In this document: positions 63,701-64,000 of the stretch, in pieces
Numbering within the stretch: the stretch's first letter is position 1
Layout: each line of letters begins with the position of its first letter
Assembly: GCF_035084215.1 (NCBI RefSeq)
Contig: NW_027139224.1
Span: 248,001-312,000, forward strand
DNA from: Heptranchias perlo
Taxonomy: Eukaryota
Reading direction: 5' to 3'
DNA length: 64,000 bases
Made by a program: the position numbers and the translations under genes
Notes under the pieces: generated by a model
The model's database searches: none
What the model saw: the letters and a program-made list of their open reading frames with translations, nothing else
What the model was told of the DNA's origin: nothing

Positions 63701-63932
63701 CCATAAACATGGAGACATTCAGACCAGTCCTTGAATCACATCAAAGACTCTACATTGGTAAGACCATGCAAACCTGCTGACTACGCAAACATATGGCCCA
63801 GCAGGAGGCCAGGCCACCTGTACCAATCTCAGTTACTAACTGATTAACCCTTTCTAACCATTTTGCATTCTGCTTCTTTGCCACGTAGGCATCTTAATAT
63901 TTTACCGAAAACTGACCACGTAGGGATTCTCA
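57764..63932 (-). mobile_element. Endogenous retrovirus-like element with two 670-bp LTRs (57764-58433 and 63263-63932), a decayed env-like interior and no recognisable pol
   Basis: TG..CA LTRs with about 12 differences; 4-bp TSD ACAC; PBS next to the 5' LTR; polypurine tract (minus AAAAGGGGGGAA) next to the 3' LTR; membrane-anchor remnant at about 59100-59240. Confidence 0.93.
63241..63260 (-). promoter_or_regulatory. Primer-binding site, probably tRNA-Ile(AAU)
   Basis: TGGTGGCGCGTACGGGGATC, 2 nt from the LTR; complementary to the vertebrate tRNA-Ile 3' end as I recall it (GATCCCCGTACGGGCCACCA), one mismatch. Confidence 0.75.
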
Positions 63933-63947
63933 ACACCTATTGGTGGC

Positions 63948-64000
63948 CATAAGACCATAAAACCATAAGAGATAGGAACAGGAGTAGGCCATTCGGCCCC
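63948..64000 (-). mobile_element. CR1 3' tail running off the window end
   Basis: CATAAGA..ATAGGAACAGGAGTAGGCCATTCGGCCCC. Confidence 0.7.

Overview
Eukaryotic, vertebrate DNA, almost certainly a cartilaginous fish (shark-type CR1 LINE tails, Penelope, Harbinger and ERV families). The species cannot be determined from the sequence. The only intact host gene is a minus-strand MHC class I heavy-chain gene with seven coding exons: leader 42043-42091, alpha1 33955-34215, alpha2 32882-33154, alpha3 31945-32220, TM 26231-26356, cytoplasmic 25005-25040 and 24139-24185. All six introns are GT-AG and phase 1, giving 355 aa, and a probable non-coding 3' exon follows. The protein resembles classical UAA-lineage class I but has W147L. 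The promoter and leader exon occur twice (about 41.7-45.8 kb and 50.0-54.9 kb). An LTR-like element with non-matching flanks sits exactly at the duplication junction and carries a retrovirus-like pol fragment with dual RNase H. The proximal promoter is pushed about 1.5 kb away from its ATG by a 43-bp VNTR and has lost the TGACG core of its X2 box; the distal promoter is compact and intact. The rest of the window is minisatellites (several built from the gene's own splice signals, one from a Penelope RT motif) and nested transposons, including a two-LTR, env-only ERV at 57.8-63.9 kb. Most long ORFs in the track are repeat artefacts. I found no prokaryotic system or CRISPR array. There is one assembly gap (24230-24381). 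All identities and copy numbers are hand counts.
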